From an uncultured Candidatus Saccharibacteria bacterium (GTDB taxonomy: Bacteria; Patescibacteriota; Minisyncoccia; Phycocordibacterales; UBA2100): a stretch of DNA of 64,000 bases. Shown here piece after piece: positions 49,695 through 59,216 of this stretch. The notes under the pieces were generated by a model. That model saw only the letters and a program-made list of their open reading frames with translations. It did no database searches and was not told where the DNA came from. The stretch spans positions 44 to 64,043 of the forward strand of contig CAYIDD010000005.1 in NCBI GenBank assembly GCA_964362175.1, written 5' to 3'. A program made the translations under genes and the position numbers. Every line of letters starts with the position of its first letter. Positions within the stretch are counted from its first letter, which is position 1.

Positions 49695-49836
49695 ATGCAA
49701 AAACCTGTACGCCGTTAGGCGTCATGTTTTGGCATATGCGGATTTTAGGAATCGAACTGCGGGCCGCAGCCCCCGAAGAGGGGGCGAAGGTCTCGAGTCG
49801 CAGCAGCGACGAGAGGCGATTCCTAGTGGGCCCGCA
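49695..49836 (+). repeat. tRNA-Trp 3'-end-associated structured miniature element
   Basis: 49817-49836 duplicates 49675-49694; inverted T-arm copy at 49746-49757. Confidence 0.8.
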
Positions 49837-49838
49837 CC

Positions 49839-50750
49839 TCAGTTTTTTAGCCAGTTCTGAATGACTCCTTCAATATTCCGATCTGTTGGTTTCTCGAACC
49901 AGACGATGTCCATATTTCGTTTCCAATAAACCATCTGCCGCTTGGCATATTTGCGGATGGCACGATTGAGTTCTTCGATCATTTGTGCGCGCGTAATTTT
50001 TCCCCGTAGCAGGCGAGCGAGCGCGCGATACTCAAGCCCAAGCTCCTCCATGCGCTTGTATGAAAGCCCGCTTGTGTGCAATCGTTTCGCTTCTCCTATC
50101 AATCCGCGGCTAATTCGCGCGGACAGGCGAATAGTTATTTTCTTTTCAAGCTCTTTCAAGGGGGGTGCGATCCCTATCCACAGTGCATCGTGGGGGTTTC
50201 GCAAACCCCCGCTTTTTGGAACACGCCCGATGACGTAGGTAATTTCCAAAGCACGGATGAGGCGTACCTTGTTGTTACGTTCGCTCGGCGAATTCATCGT
50301 TTTTGCTCGCTGCGGATCGCGTTTTTCGAGGATCGCGAACAGTTCAGCGGCGGATTTTTTCTCCAACCCCGCCCGCAAAGCGGGGTTGGGGGGCACGTCG
50401 GGAAATGCGATCCGGCCCGTCAGGGCGTCAATGTAGAGCCCGGTCCCGCCCGCGATAATGGGTAATTTCCCCCTACACACAATGTTGCCTATAGCCCGAG
50501 TTGCGTGTGTGACGTAGTCATGCGCTGAGAATGGTTTTTTGGGAGAAGCGACATCGAGGAGGTAATGCGGTACCCCTTTCATCTCACGCTTTGTTATCTT
50601 TCCCGTCCCGATATTTAGCCCGCGATATACTTGCCGCGAATCCGCCGATATCACTTCGCCGCTGAACTTTCGTGCCAATTCGACCGCGAGCGCGCTTTTG
50701 CCGGATGACGTCGGCCCGACGATTATCAGTACCTTTTGTTTCTTGCCCAT
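49839..50750 (-). CDS. miaA: tRNA dimethylallyltransferase
   Basis: GPTSSGKS, SADSRQVY, GGTGLY and YAKRQ motifs. Confidence 0.96.
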   Translation of the reverse strand: MGKKQKVLIIVGPTSSGKSALAVELARKFSGEVISADSRQVYRGLNIGTGKITKREMKGVPHYLLDVASPKKPFSAHDYVTHATRAIGNIVCRGKLPIIAGGTGLYIDALTGRIAFPDVPPNPALRAGLEKKSAAELFAILEKRDPQRAKTMNSPSERNNKVRLIRALEITYVIGRVPKSGGLRNPHDALWIGIAPPLKELEKKITIRLSARISRGLIGEAKRLHTSGLSYKRMEELGLEYRALARLLRGKITRAQMIEELNRAIRKYAKRQMVYWKRNMDIVWFEKPTDRNIEGVIQNWLKN

Positions 50751-50883
50751 AGCTAGCGTATTATAGCCATTAAGCCCACCTTCGCATAAAGCTACGGAGG
50801 GCGATGCCGGAGTGGCGAAAGTGGTAGGCTGGGCCATCGGTGCCATGATAGCGAAGGTCATTGCAGTTCTTTATTCGGAAAAT

Positions 50884-50964
50884 GCCGGAGTGGCGAAATG
50901 GTATACGCGCACGACTCAAAATCGTGTGGGGCAACCCATGAGAGTTCGAGTCTCTCCTCCGGCA
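50884..50964 (+). tRNA. tRNA-Leu(CAA)
   Basis: GCCGGAG/CTCCGGC acceptor stem and CAA anticodon. Confidence 0.95.
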
Positions 50965-51019
50965 CAAAAAACAGCGAAGCAGGCACGCATCTCTCGCGTG
51001 CGAATCTTCAGGATCGAAG

Positions 51020-51415
51020 TTATTTTCTGTACCTTCTATACAGGGGATCCCAGTTCGTTTTTGTTTTTACTATCTGATAGAGGCAGAAAAGGACTCCCGA
51101 GTTAACGATAAGAGAGCCGAAAATGAGTGACCAGTCATGAAAAAAGACCCCCTTCACGAACAGAATACATTGCACAATAAAAACGATCGAGGGCAAGACA
51201 AAAGAAACATTCACCGTCGTGTGTCCCTTATGGATCATCCAGCCTTGGTAATAGTATCCCGCCGCAACCATCGTCCAGCAGACGATAAGTGCCATGCTCC
51301 AAACAAACTGCGCATCCCAAAAAGCGGTGTTATTTGCCAGCTGACCATACAGTAAAAACGTTCCTCCGAGGACAAAGATCATGCTAGCCACTATTTCCCA
51401 ATGTACTTTTTTCAT
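51020..51415 (-). CDS. Four-TM membrane protein (SemiSWEET/PQ-like C-terminal half)
   Basis: Hydrophobic helices, YYQGW and NSG. Confidence 0.6.
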   Translation of the reverse strand: MKKVHWEIVASMIFVLGGTFLLYGQLANNTAFWDAQFVWSMALIVCWTMVAAGYYYQGWMIHKGHTTVNVSFVLPSIVFIVQCILFVKGVFFHDWSLIFGSLIVNSGVLFCLYQIVKTKTNWDPLYRRYRK

Positions 51416-51435
51416 ACACACATTATACTGTCTCT

Positions 51436-52020
51436 GTGGACGCACCCAGGAAGATATTCATACTGCTCGGTTACTCCTATCTCAAGGGATTTACAGCGGA
51501 ACTCACCGACGCATATGAGAGCGCTGCGCGCGCGGCTGGTCACGACGTCAAACGGCTTAATCTGAGCGAGCTGAAGTTCGATCCGATCCTCCACAAGGGG
51601 TACAGCGAGATCCAGCCGCTTGAGCCGGACCTTGTGAAGATACAGGAACTTATACGATGGGCAGATCACGTGCTTATTCTGTACCCGAACTGGTGGACGA
51701 GTATGCCCGCGATCCTCAAGGGGATGTTCGACCGGATGTGGCTTCCCGGATTCGCTTTTTCATTCGATAAAGAGACGCATGAGGTTCACGAATTACTGAA
51801 GGGGAAGACGGCACGCGTTATCGTCGTCGATGGCGCACACAGTCCTTTCATGACGCGGCTCAACTACGGCGACTACACCAACGAAATATCGCGCGGCATT
51901 CTCGGTTTCTCCGGAATGAAAGTGCACGTGACGACCATGGGTCCGTGCGAACACGCAGATGTCGCCAAACATGATGCGTGGGTGGCGGAGGTACGCGAAC
52001 TCGGGTCAAAGGGCGAGTGA
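51436..52020 (+). CDS. NAD(P)H dehydrogenase (quinone), flavodoxin-2 fold
   Basis: FDPILH and YPNWWTSMPAILKGMFDR. Confidence 0.9.
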   Translation: MDAPRKIFILLGYSYLKGFTAELTDAYESAARAAGHDVKRLNLSELKFDPILHKGYSEIQPLEPDLVKIQELIRWADHVLILYPNWWTSMPAILKGMFDRMWLPGFAFSFDKETHEVHELLKGKTARVIVVDGAHSPFMTRLNYGDYTNEISRGILGFSGMKVHVTTMGPCEHADVAKHDAWVAEVRELGSKGE

Positions 52021-52052
52021 CTACGACGATATCCCCACTCGTACTCAGCGCG

Positions 52053-52940
52053 TCATACGAACAACACCCCATCCCAATCCGGGCTCACGCGCGTCGTCCC
52101 GTCAGTGCGGAAGACCAAATAACGGGATCTGAGGAATTTCGCGACCTCATCACACCGGTTCTCATCAGAGAAAAAGAGGGCAGAGGTCGCGCAATCGGCG
52201 TCCCATGCGTTCCGGGCAGTCGCCGTGACCCCAATTACAGTCTCGATCGGGACCCGTAAAAGCGGATGTACGATATGGTGCCATTCTTTCCACCGGCACC
52301 GAAAGCTGTCCGACACGGCAATTCCCCGATTCTCGAGTTCAACGGTGCCTACGGCGACATCCGGTTTTCCCGGATATTCGATGGCAACTCTCCACGGCCC
52401 TCCATCCCGTTTTGTCGTTGCATACATGTCTCCCCCGCCGTCGACAAGATAATGCCGATGGTTGTGATTTTCGAGAATTTCCGCAACCCGATCGATACAA
52501 AATCCTTTCCCCATTCCCCCGAGATCAAAGACGACCGGTCCATCGATGGTGAGCATCTGGCCAGTGATCTCCCATTTCGGCAAAACAAACTGCACGACAT
52601 CGGGGCGAGGCACCATGCTATACGCCGCATCGTAACCGGCTTGCTCCAATAAACCACCCACCGCGGGGTCGTACAGACCTCCCGTGAGGCGGCGTAATTC
52701 GTCCGCGCGGGAAAGAAGTGTCGCGAACTCCTCTGATATGGGGTATTCGCCCGCTTCGGCGTTACGAAAAGCACTGGCTTCCGAGTCATTTAGGAAGCGC
52801 GAAAACCGCGCATTGAAGACGCGCATATAGCAAAGAACACACTCTACGGTCTCCTCACGCAGCGACCCGTCGTCGGTGAGTATGCACCAGCTCGTACCTA
52901 TTCCGTCAAAGGTAAACTCTGCGCCTCGTTTGTCCATCAT
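52053..52940 (-). CDS. apbE: FAD:protein FMN transferase
   Basis: DLGGMGKG, DGGGD, HHIVHP and ADCATSALF motifs. Confidence 0.92.
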   Translation of the reverse strand: MMDKRGAEFTFDGIGTSWCILTDDGSLREETVECVLCYMRVFNARFSRFLNDSEASAFRNAEAGEYPISEEFATLLSRADELRRLTGGLYDPAVGGLLEQAGYDAAYSMVPRPDVVQFVLPKWEITGQMLTIDGPVVFDLGGMGKGFCIDRVAEILENHNHRHYLVDGGGDMYATTKRDGGPWRVAIEYPGKPDVAVGTVELENRGIAVSDSFRCRWKEWHHIVHPLLRVPIETVIGVTATARNAWDADCATSALFFSDENRCDEVAKFLRSRYLVFRTDGTTRVSPDWDGVLFV

Positions 52941-52949
52941 CTCGCCTCC

Positions 52950-53390
52950 TTAGAGCCGTTTCTGCAGGTCAGGTAGAATGGTGTTAAATGCGGCTGTGGT
53001 AAGTGAAGATTTGCCAACGCGATCGATGGAGGTGAGTTCGCTCAATTTTTTGCCGCGTATGACGAGAAGTAAACCCTCGGAAAATTTCGCCAGATTCTCA
53101 TTCGTGGCATCTCCCTTGAGCGCGTCGGTGGACTTGACCGCCACCACTGCATCTCCGGAATCAAGGCCCAGCGTGAAGCGGACCTTATCGGTGCCGTTCG
53201 GAGCATCATAGGTGGCCACGGCGCTCACTTCGCGTGCGACGATGAGATCGGATCCACTTGCCATCTGAGGCGACGCATTACCCCCGATCGACCGAACTAT
53301 GGTAGGGACAAATCGGTATGAGAGGAGCGCCCCGACGCCGACGACGAGCGCGCCGATGATAGCGTTCCGTCTCGTCCTCGGGAAAGTCAT
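52950..53390 (-). CDS. Membrane-anchored FMN-binding-like protein (probable ApbE substrate)
   Basis: N-terminal TM; GKKLSEL..IDRVGKSSLTTAAFN resembles the FMN_bind SGAS/T motif region. Confidence 0.65.
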   Translation of the reverse strand: MTFPRTRRNAIIGALVVGVGALLSYRFVPTIVRSIGGNASPQMASGSDLIVAREVSAVATYDAPNGTDKVRFTLGLDSGDAVVAVKSTDALKGDATNENLAKFSEGLLLVIRGKKLSELTSIDRVGKSSLTTAAFNTILPDLQKRL

Positions 53391-53499
53391 ATATTGCTAT
53401 GGTATCGCTCTCTTAGAAGAACGAAACATGAGTTATCCCCAGCCTTTCGGGTGTCTACAGTAATTACTGCTAAATTTAGCGTACGTAGCGTGCGTTTGT

Positions 53500-54006
53500 A
53501 TGACCCTGTACGGATTTCTGATAATCATGCACATAGTGGGAACCGTTCTTGGTGTCGGTGCTGCCACATTTGCCGAGATCCACTATGCGCGTTTTAACAG
53601 CGATGACATCATCACAGACGACGAAAAAAAGACCCTCGCGACGACCTACACCGTGATGCGGACGGGCCTCTTCCTTCTCGTCATTTCGGGATTCGGAATG
53701 TTGCTGTACTTCCGCCTTACGGAATACGTGGACATTCTTTCCAGCCCGTCATTTTGGGCGAAAATGACCATCGTTGCGATCCTTGTCGGGAATGCGCTTC
53801 TCTTGCAGGCACGAATAATGCCGTTCGCCGTGGGCGCTGCGGTGTCGCTCACGTCGTGGTATGCCGCGCTGGTCCTTGGGGTCATCGGCAAGACGATAAG
53901 CGCGTCGTATGTTGAAATACTCATATATTATGTGATCGCTATCGCGCTCGTAGGAGTCTCTCTGCGATGGATCCACGAGTGGATGCACGCCCCGCGAAAC
54001 ATATGA
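53500..54006 (+). CDS. Multi-TM membrane protein with an intramembrane His
   Basis: HIVGTVLGVGAAT and FWAKM. Confidence 0.75.
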   Translation: MTLYGFLIIMHIVGTVLGVGAATFAEIHYARFNSDDIITDDEKKTLATTYTVMRTGLFLLVISGFGMLLYFRLTEYVDILSSPSFWAKMTIVAILVGNALLLQARIMPFAVGAAVSLTSWYAALVLGVIGKTISASYVEILIYYVIAIALVGVSLRWIHEWMHAPRNI

Positions 54007-54449
54007 CGCCGATCCTCGCCACCTTGCTCATCGTCCACGTCATTGGCGGCGTTATTGCCATCGGCATGCACAATGTCATCCTTATGCATCTCCTCAAAAA
54101 GGCACCGAACTACATATTCGTGTCGCGCCTTGCGTGGTCGGCGGCGACGCTCTTCTTCCTTTCATGGGCAACTTCGGCCTACTACTACGTGACGTACTAC
54201 GGTTCTGCCGTCAAACCGCGCATTCTGGCGGGAGCCACGCCTGCCGCGCATACCTTTTTTATGGAGACGAAAGAACATATTTTTCTCGTACTGCCGTTCG
54301 TTGCGATCTCGATCGCGCTCTGCACTACATATCTGCGCGCGGTTCCCGATGATGCGTTGCGAAAAAGCACGGCGCTCCTCACCCTCATTGCGCTTATTAT
54401 CGGAGCGGCAACAGCCGCGTCGGGCATTTTTGTCTCCGGATCCATATGA
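54003..54449 (+). CDS. Four-TM membrane protein (HTFFMETKEH)
   Basis: ATGA overlap with the previous gene; several His residues. Confidence 0.75.
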   Translation: MTPILATLLIVHVIGGVIAIGMHNVILMHLLKKAPNYIFVSRLAWSAATLFFLSWATSAYYYVTYYGSAVKPRILAGATPAAHTFFMETKEHIFLVLPFVAISIALCTTYLRAVPDDALRKSTALLTLIALIIGAATAASGIFVSGSI

Positions 54450-54763
54450 TCTCATCACCACTTGCGTCATGGATCCGTTCAGTCGCGCTCGCAACGATCG
54501 TGACGTCTCTCCTGCTTGCGGCACTCATCGTCAGCGCAGAGGAAATTCCCGCCCTTAAAGATTGGCTCAAGGCGACGTTTTATCACCACTGGCTCGGCAA
54601 AGGCGCTCTCGCACTCGGATCATTCGCTATCGTCAGTCTCGTTTTCCGGTTGAAGCGTGCACCGCGGCTCTCCACCGTTATTCTGGCTGAGACGATCTTT
54701 GTCGCTCTTTCAGCGTGTGTGATCGCAGGATTCTTCCTGCTCCACCTGTTGAAGGTGGTATAG
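54446..54763 (+). CDS. Three-TM membrane protein (HHWLGK)
   Basis: ATGA overlap; hydrophobic. Confidence 0.7.
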   Translation: MISSPLASWIRSVALATIVTSLLLAALIVSAEEIPALKDWLKATFYHHWLGKGALALGSFAIVSLVFRLKRAPRLSTVILAETIFVALSACVIAGFFLLHLLKVV

Positions 54764-54807
54764 GACGTGCGCGCGCGGCGATGAAATGCGCCTTTCGAAC
54801 ATCCCGT

Positions 54808-56460
54808 TCAGTGGGGGATCGGTCGGGACATGAATTTCCTGATGTCGGCGATCGTGCCACCGACTTTTTTGCCGGGGTTGAAGATGTTTTGAGGATCAAA
54901 GATCCGCTTGGTCTCGGCAAATAATTCCAGTATCTTCGGACCGAACATCATATTGAGGTATGGCGTACGGATAATCCCGTCCCCATGTTCCCCCGTTATC
55001 GAGCCTTTGTATTTGGCGACCAACGCATAGACCTTCGGTGTCAACTCCATGATCGCTTTCCGGTGTTCCGGCCGTCCGAGGTCGACAAGGGGGATGATGT
55101 GGAAATTCGCGTCGCCGATGTGCCCTGCGACCGTGTGCATGATGTCATACTGCCCGAGAAGCACATTCAATTCCGGGAGAAACCTCGGATAATCGTCTGG
55201 ATGGACGACGATGTCGTCGATGAAGGGCGCTGCATGGAGGCCGTGAACGTGTTTCCGCAGGAGCGCGAAACTTTCCCGCCTGATCTTCCAGTATTTCTTT
55301 TCCATTGTCCCGAGAGCGATCTTTGTTGAAATGGACAGATCATGCAGGGCGGCGCGCGCATCGCGCGCCCCTTCCTGCGCCTCCGCATCGGTATCTTCCG
55401 CAAATTCAGCAAGCAAGACGAGCTTGGGAATACCGCCGGTCATAGCCATCCACACTTCGGGAAGAAAAGCGAAGGCGAGCGTAATGGATTGCCATAACCC
55501 CATGTGTTTGAGGAAGTCGTATGCGTAGCGGGCCGCGAGCTTGAACGTATGGTCGTCGTATGACTCGAATGACTCCGGATCGAATGTCCGTACGCGCCGC
55601 ACGATTTCCGGCAGTTTCCCGAGATCGGAAAGGAAGATAACGAGCATCGCGTGGCGGGGCTTGGGCTTGAGGAGCGAGACTTGCGCTTTGGTGATGAGTC
55701 CGAGCGTGCCCTGCGAACCAACGATCAGTTTCGTGAGATCGAACGTGCCGCGTTTCGGATCTATGACATCCCAGAGCGCATATCCCGCCGAATTTTTCGT
55801 CACATTCGGACGAGCCGCCTCAATGATATCTCGATTGTTCGTGAGAAGTTCGTCCATGCGACGATAGATCTCTCCTTCGAAGGACTGCTCGGTTTTCTTT
55901 TGGGCAAGTTCTGCAGCAGAGAGCGGACGGAATGTTGCCCGCGAACCATCAGAGAGCACCATATCGAGCTCCTGCACATAGCGGTCCATCTTGCCGTATC
56001 GTAGGGTCAGCTCACCGCCGGCGTTGTCCGCGACCATGCCGCCCAGAGCACATAGCTCACGTGAAGCGGGGTATGGGGGGAGGATCGACCCGTTCTTTGC
56101 GAGCGTTTGTTTTTCAAGATCACGATAGTACATGCCTGGCTCGGCGATAGCGTAATCAGCGCCGATCCCGCGCAGAGCATTCATATATTTCGTGAAAGAA
56201 ACGACGACCGAGTCGGTGAGGGGACCTCCCGACATATCGGTCCCCGCCGCGCGCGCCGTAAGAGATACCTGCTCGCCCCGTTTTTTAGCGTCTGAGGCGA
56301 ATCGGACGATGGCCGACACGTCGTCTGCATCCTTGGGCGACACGACGAGAGCGGGACGGCGTTCAAAAATACTCGTGTCGCGGCTGAATTTGCGAAGCGT
56401 TTCCGCGTCGTCGAGCGCATCGCCTTTGATAAGCGGGGCTATCGCGGCGCGTAAATCCAT
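54808..56460 (-). CDS. FAD-linked oxidoreductase (GlcD/D-lactate dehydrogenase-like)
   Basis: RAAGT.MSG, GHIGD.NFH, GEHGDG and FNPGK motifs. Confidence 0.9.
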   Translation of the reverse strand: MDLRAAIAPLIKGDALDDAETLRKFSRDTSIFERRPALVVSPKDADDVSAIVRFASDAKKRGEQVSLTARAAGTDMSGGPLTDSVVVSFTKYMNALRGIGADYAIAEPGMYYRDLEKQTLAKNGSILPPYPASRELCALGGMVADNAGGELTLRYGKMDRYVQELDMVLSDGSRATFRPLSAAELAQKKTEQSFEGEIYRRMDELLTNNRDIIEAARPNVTKNSAGYALWDVIDPKRGTFDLTKLIVGSQGTLGLITKAQVSLLKPKPRHAMLVIFLSDLGKLPEIVRRVRTFDPESFESYDDHTFKLAARYAYDFLKHMGLWQSITLAFAFLPEVWMAMTGGIPKLVLLAEFAEDTDAEAQEGARDARAALHDLSISTKIALGTMEKKYWKIRRESFALLRKHVHGLHAAPFIDDIVVHPDDYPRFLPELNVLLGQYDIMHTVAGHIGDANFHIIPLVDLGRPEHRKAIMELTPKVYALVAKYKGSITGEHGDGIIRTPYLNMMFGPKILELFAETKRIFDPQNIFNPGKKVGGTIADIRKFMSRPIPH

Positions 56461-56627
56461 CGCACAAGTATATCATCGGGGAGCAAGCTCCCGAATTGGT
56501 ACGGAAACCGTGTGGACGATCAGGGCTGATGGTATAGCACACGGTGCGTGCGCATCATATAGTATTCCTGCCAACATGTACCCGATCAGCGTCGTAGATA
56601 CCCATAGGTGATATAATCTCCCTATCT

Positions 56628-57614
56628 ATGGAAGGTGCGTATCAGGGAAATTCGATATTTTGGGTCGAGGTGGACCGTATTAAGCCCAATCCGTTCCAGC
56701 CGCGCAAAACGTTCGACGAGGCGGCGCTTTTGTCTTTGGCAGAATCTATCCGGCAGTACGGGGTTTTGCAGCCCCTCACCGTTAGCCGAAAAGAGATCGA
56801 GCGGCCGGGAGAGGGTATTTATGTGGAATATGAGCTGATCGCCGGCGAGCGCCGATTGCGCGCCTCAAAGATCGCGGGCATCGCGCAGGTCCCTGTCGTC
56901 ATCCGTACGGGGGAAGACAGCGACCGGATGAAGCTTGAGCTTGCCATCATTGAAAATTTACAGCGTGAAGACCTCAACGTCGTCGATCGCGCGCTCGCAT
57001 TTGACCGACTTGTCAAAGAATTCGGCCTCAAACACATCGAAATAGGGAAGCGGGTGGGTAAGAGCCGCGAGTATGTTTCCAACACACTTCGCATTCTTCT
57101 TTTGCCGCAGGACATGCGTGATGCACTTGGGGCGGGGGAAATAAGCGAGGGCCACACACGTCCGCTCCTTATGCTCATGGATCGATCTGCCGAGCAGCAG
57201 ACGCTCTTTAAGGAGATCATCTCAAAGCGGCTCACAGTGCGTGATTCTGAGCAAGTCGCACGGCGCGTTGCCACCGAGCGCGCGCGCAAGGGCGACCTTA
57301 CTCCGGAACTTCTGCTCCTTGAGCGCGAATTGACCGAAAAATTGGGCACGCGCGTGCGCATTGAAAAGAAAGATCAGGGGGGGAAGGTTCTCATCGATTT
57401 CTTTTCGGTAGACGACCTCGCGCATATTCGTGCCATGATCTCAAGTGGCACATTTCCCAATGCCGCCGTACGAAATACGCCTGCTCCCGCGCCAGTTGCT
57501 GTTGAGGAGACGCCAGTCGTTCCTCCCCCGGCAACATCTGGATCGGGATCCCAAAATCCCCCAAAAGCGGAGGAGGAGAACGATCTCTACTCCATCAGCA
57601 ATTTCAGCGTTTAG
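56628..57614 (+). CDS. parB: ParB/Spo0J partition protein
   Basis: NPFQPRK, AGERRLRA and ENLQREDL motifs. Confidence 0.95.
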   Translation: MEGAYQGNSIFWVEVDRIKPNPFQPRKTFDEAALLSLAESIRQYGVLQPLTVSRKEIERPGEGIYVEYELIAGERRLRASKIAGIAQVPVVIRTGEDSDRMKLELAIIENLQREDLNVVDRALAFDRLVKEFGLKHIEIGKRVGKSREYVSNTLRILLLPQDMRDALGAGEISEGHTRPLLMLMDRSAEQQTLFKEIISKRLTVRDSEQVARRVATERARKGDLTPELLLLERELTEKLGTRVRIEKKDQGGKVLIDFFSVDDLAHIRAMISSGTFPNAAVRNTPAPAPVAVEETPVVPPPATSGSGSQNPPKAEEENDLYSISNFSV

Positions 57615-59158
57615 GTCCTCCCCGTTTTTTTTGCCTCCATCGCGGCAAGTTCGGCGCGGATGTGTTTTTTCGCCATACTGGTCTTTGCGATATCGTGCCA
57701 CTTGCGTGAAGGCTTTGCCGAAGGCTTGGTGATGATCTCGACCGTGTCGCCATTTCGGAGCGCTGTTTCGAGGGAGACCATTTTTCCGTTCACGCGCGCG
57801 CCCGACATTCTGTTGCCGAGGTCTGAGTGGACCGCGTATGCGAAATCGATGGGTGTCGCGGAGATCGGCAGGTCAATGACATCGCCCTTGGGGGTGAAGG
57901 TGAAAACGCGATGACTGAAGAAATCGGACCTAAGCGTATCGAGGTACTCCTCTGACTGTTGATCCCCATGGTGCGCATGGGCCAGTTCCTGCAGCCATTC
58001 GGGCACACTTTCTTTCACTGTCGTATCGGTCTGTGTGGTGCTTCCCCGCAGACGGGGAAAGAATTGGCGGATCCACTCGAGTCCGCGCTTGCTTTCGGCA
58101 CTCCCGCCTTGCATCTCCTTGTAACTCAGGTGCGAGGCAATGCCGTAGAGCGCCTCCCGATGCATGGCCTCCGTACGCAACTGCATCTCGAGGGCGCTCC
58201 CGTCACCCGTATAGACGGTCGTATGGATACTTTGATAGCCATTCGGCTTCGGGAATGCGATGTAGTCTTTGATCTTTCCCGGCACCGGTCGCCAGTGGGC
58301 ATGAATGACGCCGAGCGCCGAATAGCAATCGGCAACGGTGGAAAAAATAACGCGGAGCGCGAGGATGTCGTATATCTTGTCGATGTCCCAATCCTTCCGC
58401 CCCAACTTGAGGTAGAGGCTGTACATGCCCTTGATGCGCGCTTCGGTACGGAACGTGCGGATGCCCGCATCGCCCAATTCACGCTTCATATCTTTTTCCA
58501 CTTTTTCAAGTCGCCTCTCATTCTCCTTTTTACGCTCTTTCAAAAGTTCGCGCGTCTTTTCGTATTCTTTGGGAAGCGCATAGGGGAACGCCGCATCTTC
58601 CAACTCCTGCTTCGCGACGCTCATACCGAGCCGGTCGGCGATGGGCGCATAGATTTCCAGCGTTTCCTCTGCAATGCGCGTGCGCTTCTCCATGCGCGGC
58701 ACGTGCTCAAGGGTGCGCGCATTGTGGAGGCGGTCCATCAGTTTGATGATGAGGACGCGGATGTCTTTCGCGGTCGCCGCGAAAAGTTTGCGTAGAGATT
58801 CGGTGTGACGCTCAAGACCCCGATAGCGCAGCGTTCCCAATTTCGTCACGCCCTCTACCAGCGAAAGTACCTCGGTTCCGAATTGCTCTTCTATCATGCT
58901 CGGCTTGATGCCGGCGTCTTCTATCGTGTCATGCAAAAGCCCCGCCGCGATCGCGCGGCTATCCATCCCCGCTTCGGCGAGCAGGTATCCCACCTCCGCC
59001 GGGTGAGTGAAGTACGGATCTCCCGAATACCGTTTTTGCTCCTTGTGGGCGTCTTTCGAAAGCTCGTACGCTTTTGTGACCAATGCCACATCAGCGTCGA
59101 GCTTGCCCGACATCGCGGCGAGTATCTCGGAAAGGGGGCGGGGATTGGCGGGACCCAT
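57611..59158 (-). CDS. relA: RelA/SpoT family (p)ppGpp synthetase/hydrolase (HD-SYNTH-TGS, no ACT)
   Basis: LLHDTIED, KPNGYQSIHT and DFAYAVHS motifs. Confidence 0.92.
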   Translation of the reverse strand: MGPANPRPLSEILAAMSGKLDADVALVTKAYELSKDAHKEQKRYSGDPYFTHPAEVGYLLAEAGMDSRAIAAGLLHDTIEDAGIKPSMIEEQFGTEVLSLVEGVTKLGTLRYRGLERHTESLRKLFAATAKDIRVLIIKLMDRLHNARTLEHVPRMEKRTRIAEETLEIYAPIADRLGMSVAKQELEDAAFPYALPKEYEKTRELLKERKKENERRLEKVEKDMKRELGDAGIRTFRTEARIKGMYSLYLKLGRKDWDIDKIYDILALRVIFSTVADCYSALGVIHAHWRPVPGKIKDYIAFPKPNGYQSIHTTVYTGDGSALEMQLRTEAMHREALYGIASHLSYKEMQGGSAESKRGLEWIRQFFPRLRGSTTQTDTTVKESVPEWLQELAHAHHGDQQSEEYLDTLRSDFFSHRVFTFTPKGDVIDLPISATPIDFAYAVHSDLGNRMSGARVNGKMVSLETALRNGDTVEIITKPSAKPSRKWHDIAKTSMAKKHIRAELAAMEAKKTGRT

Positions 59159-59216
59159 ATAGGGGGATAATACTGCGTGCCGGCGTGTTGGCAACCGCAC
59201 ACAGAAAAAGGCCGCG

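Noticed and set aside
50751-50861. N-terminal extension of MiaA in the ORF track
   Set aside because: It runs through the duplicated tRNA 5' fragment; the family-typical start is at 50750.
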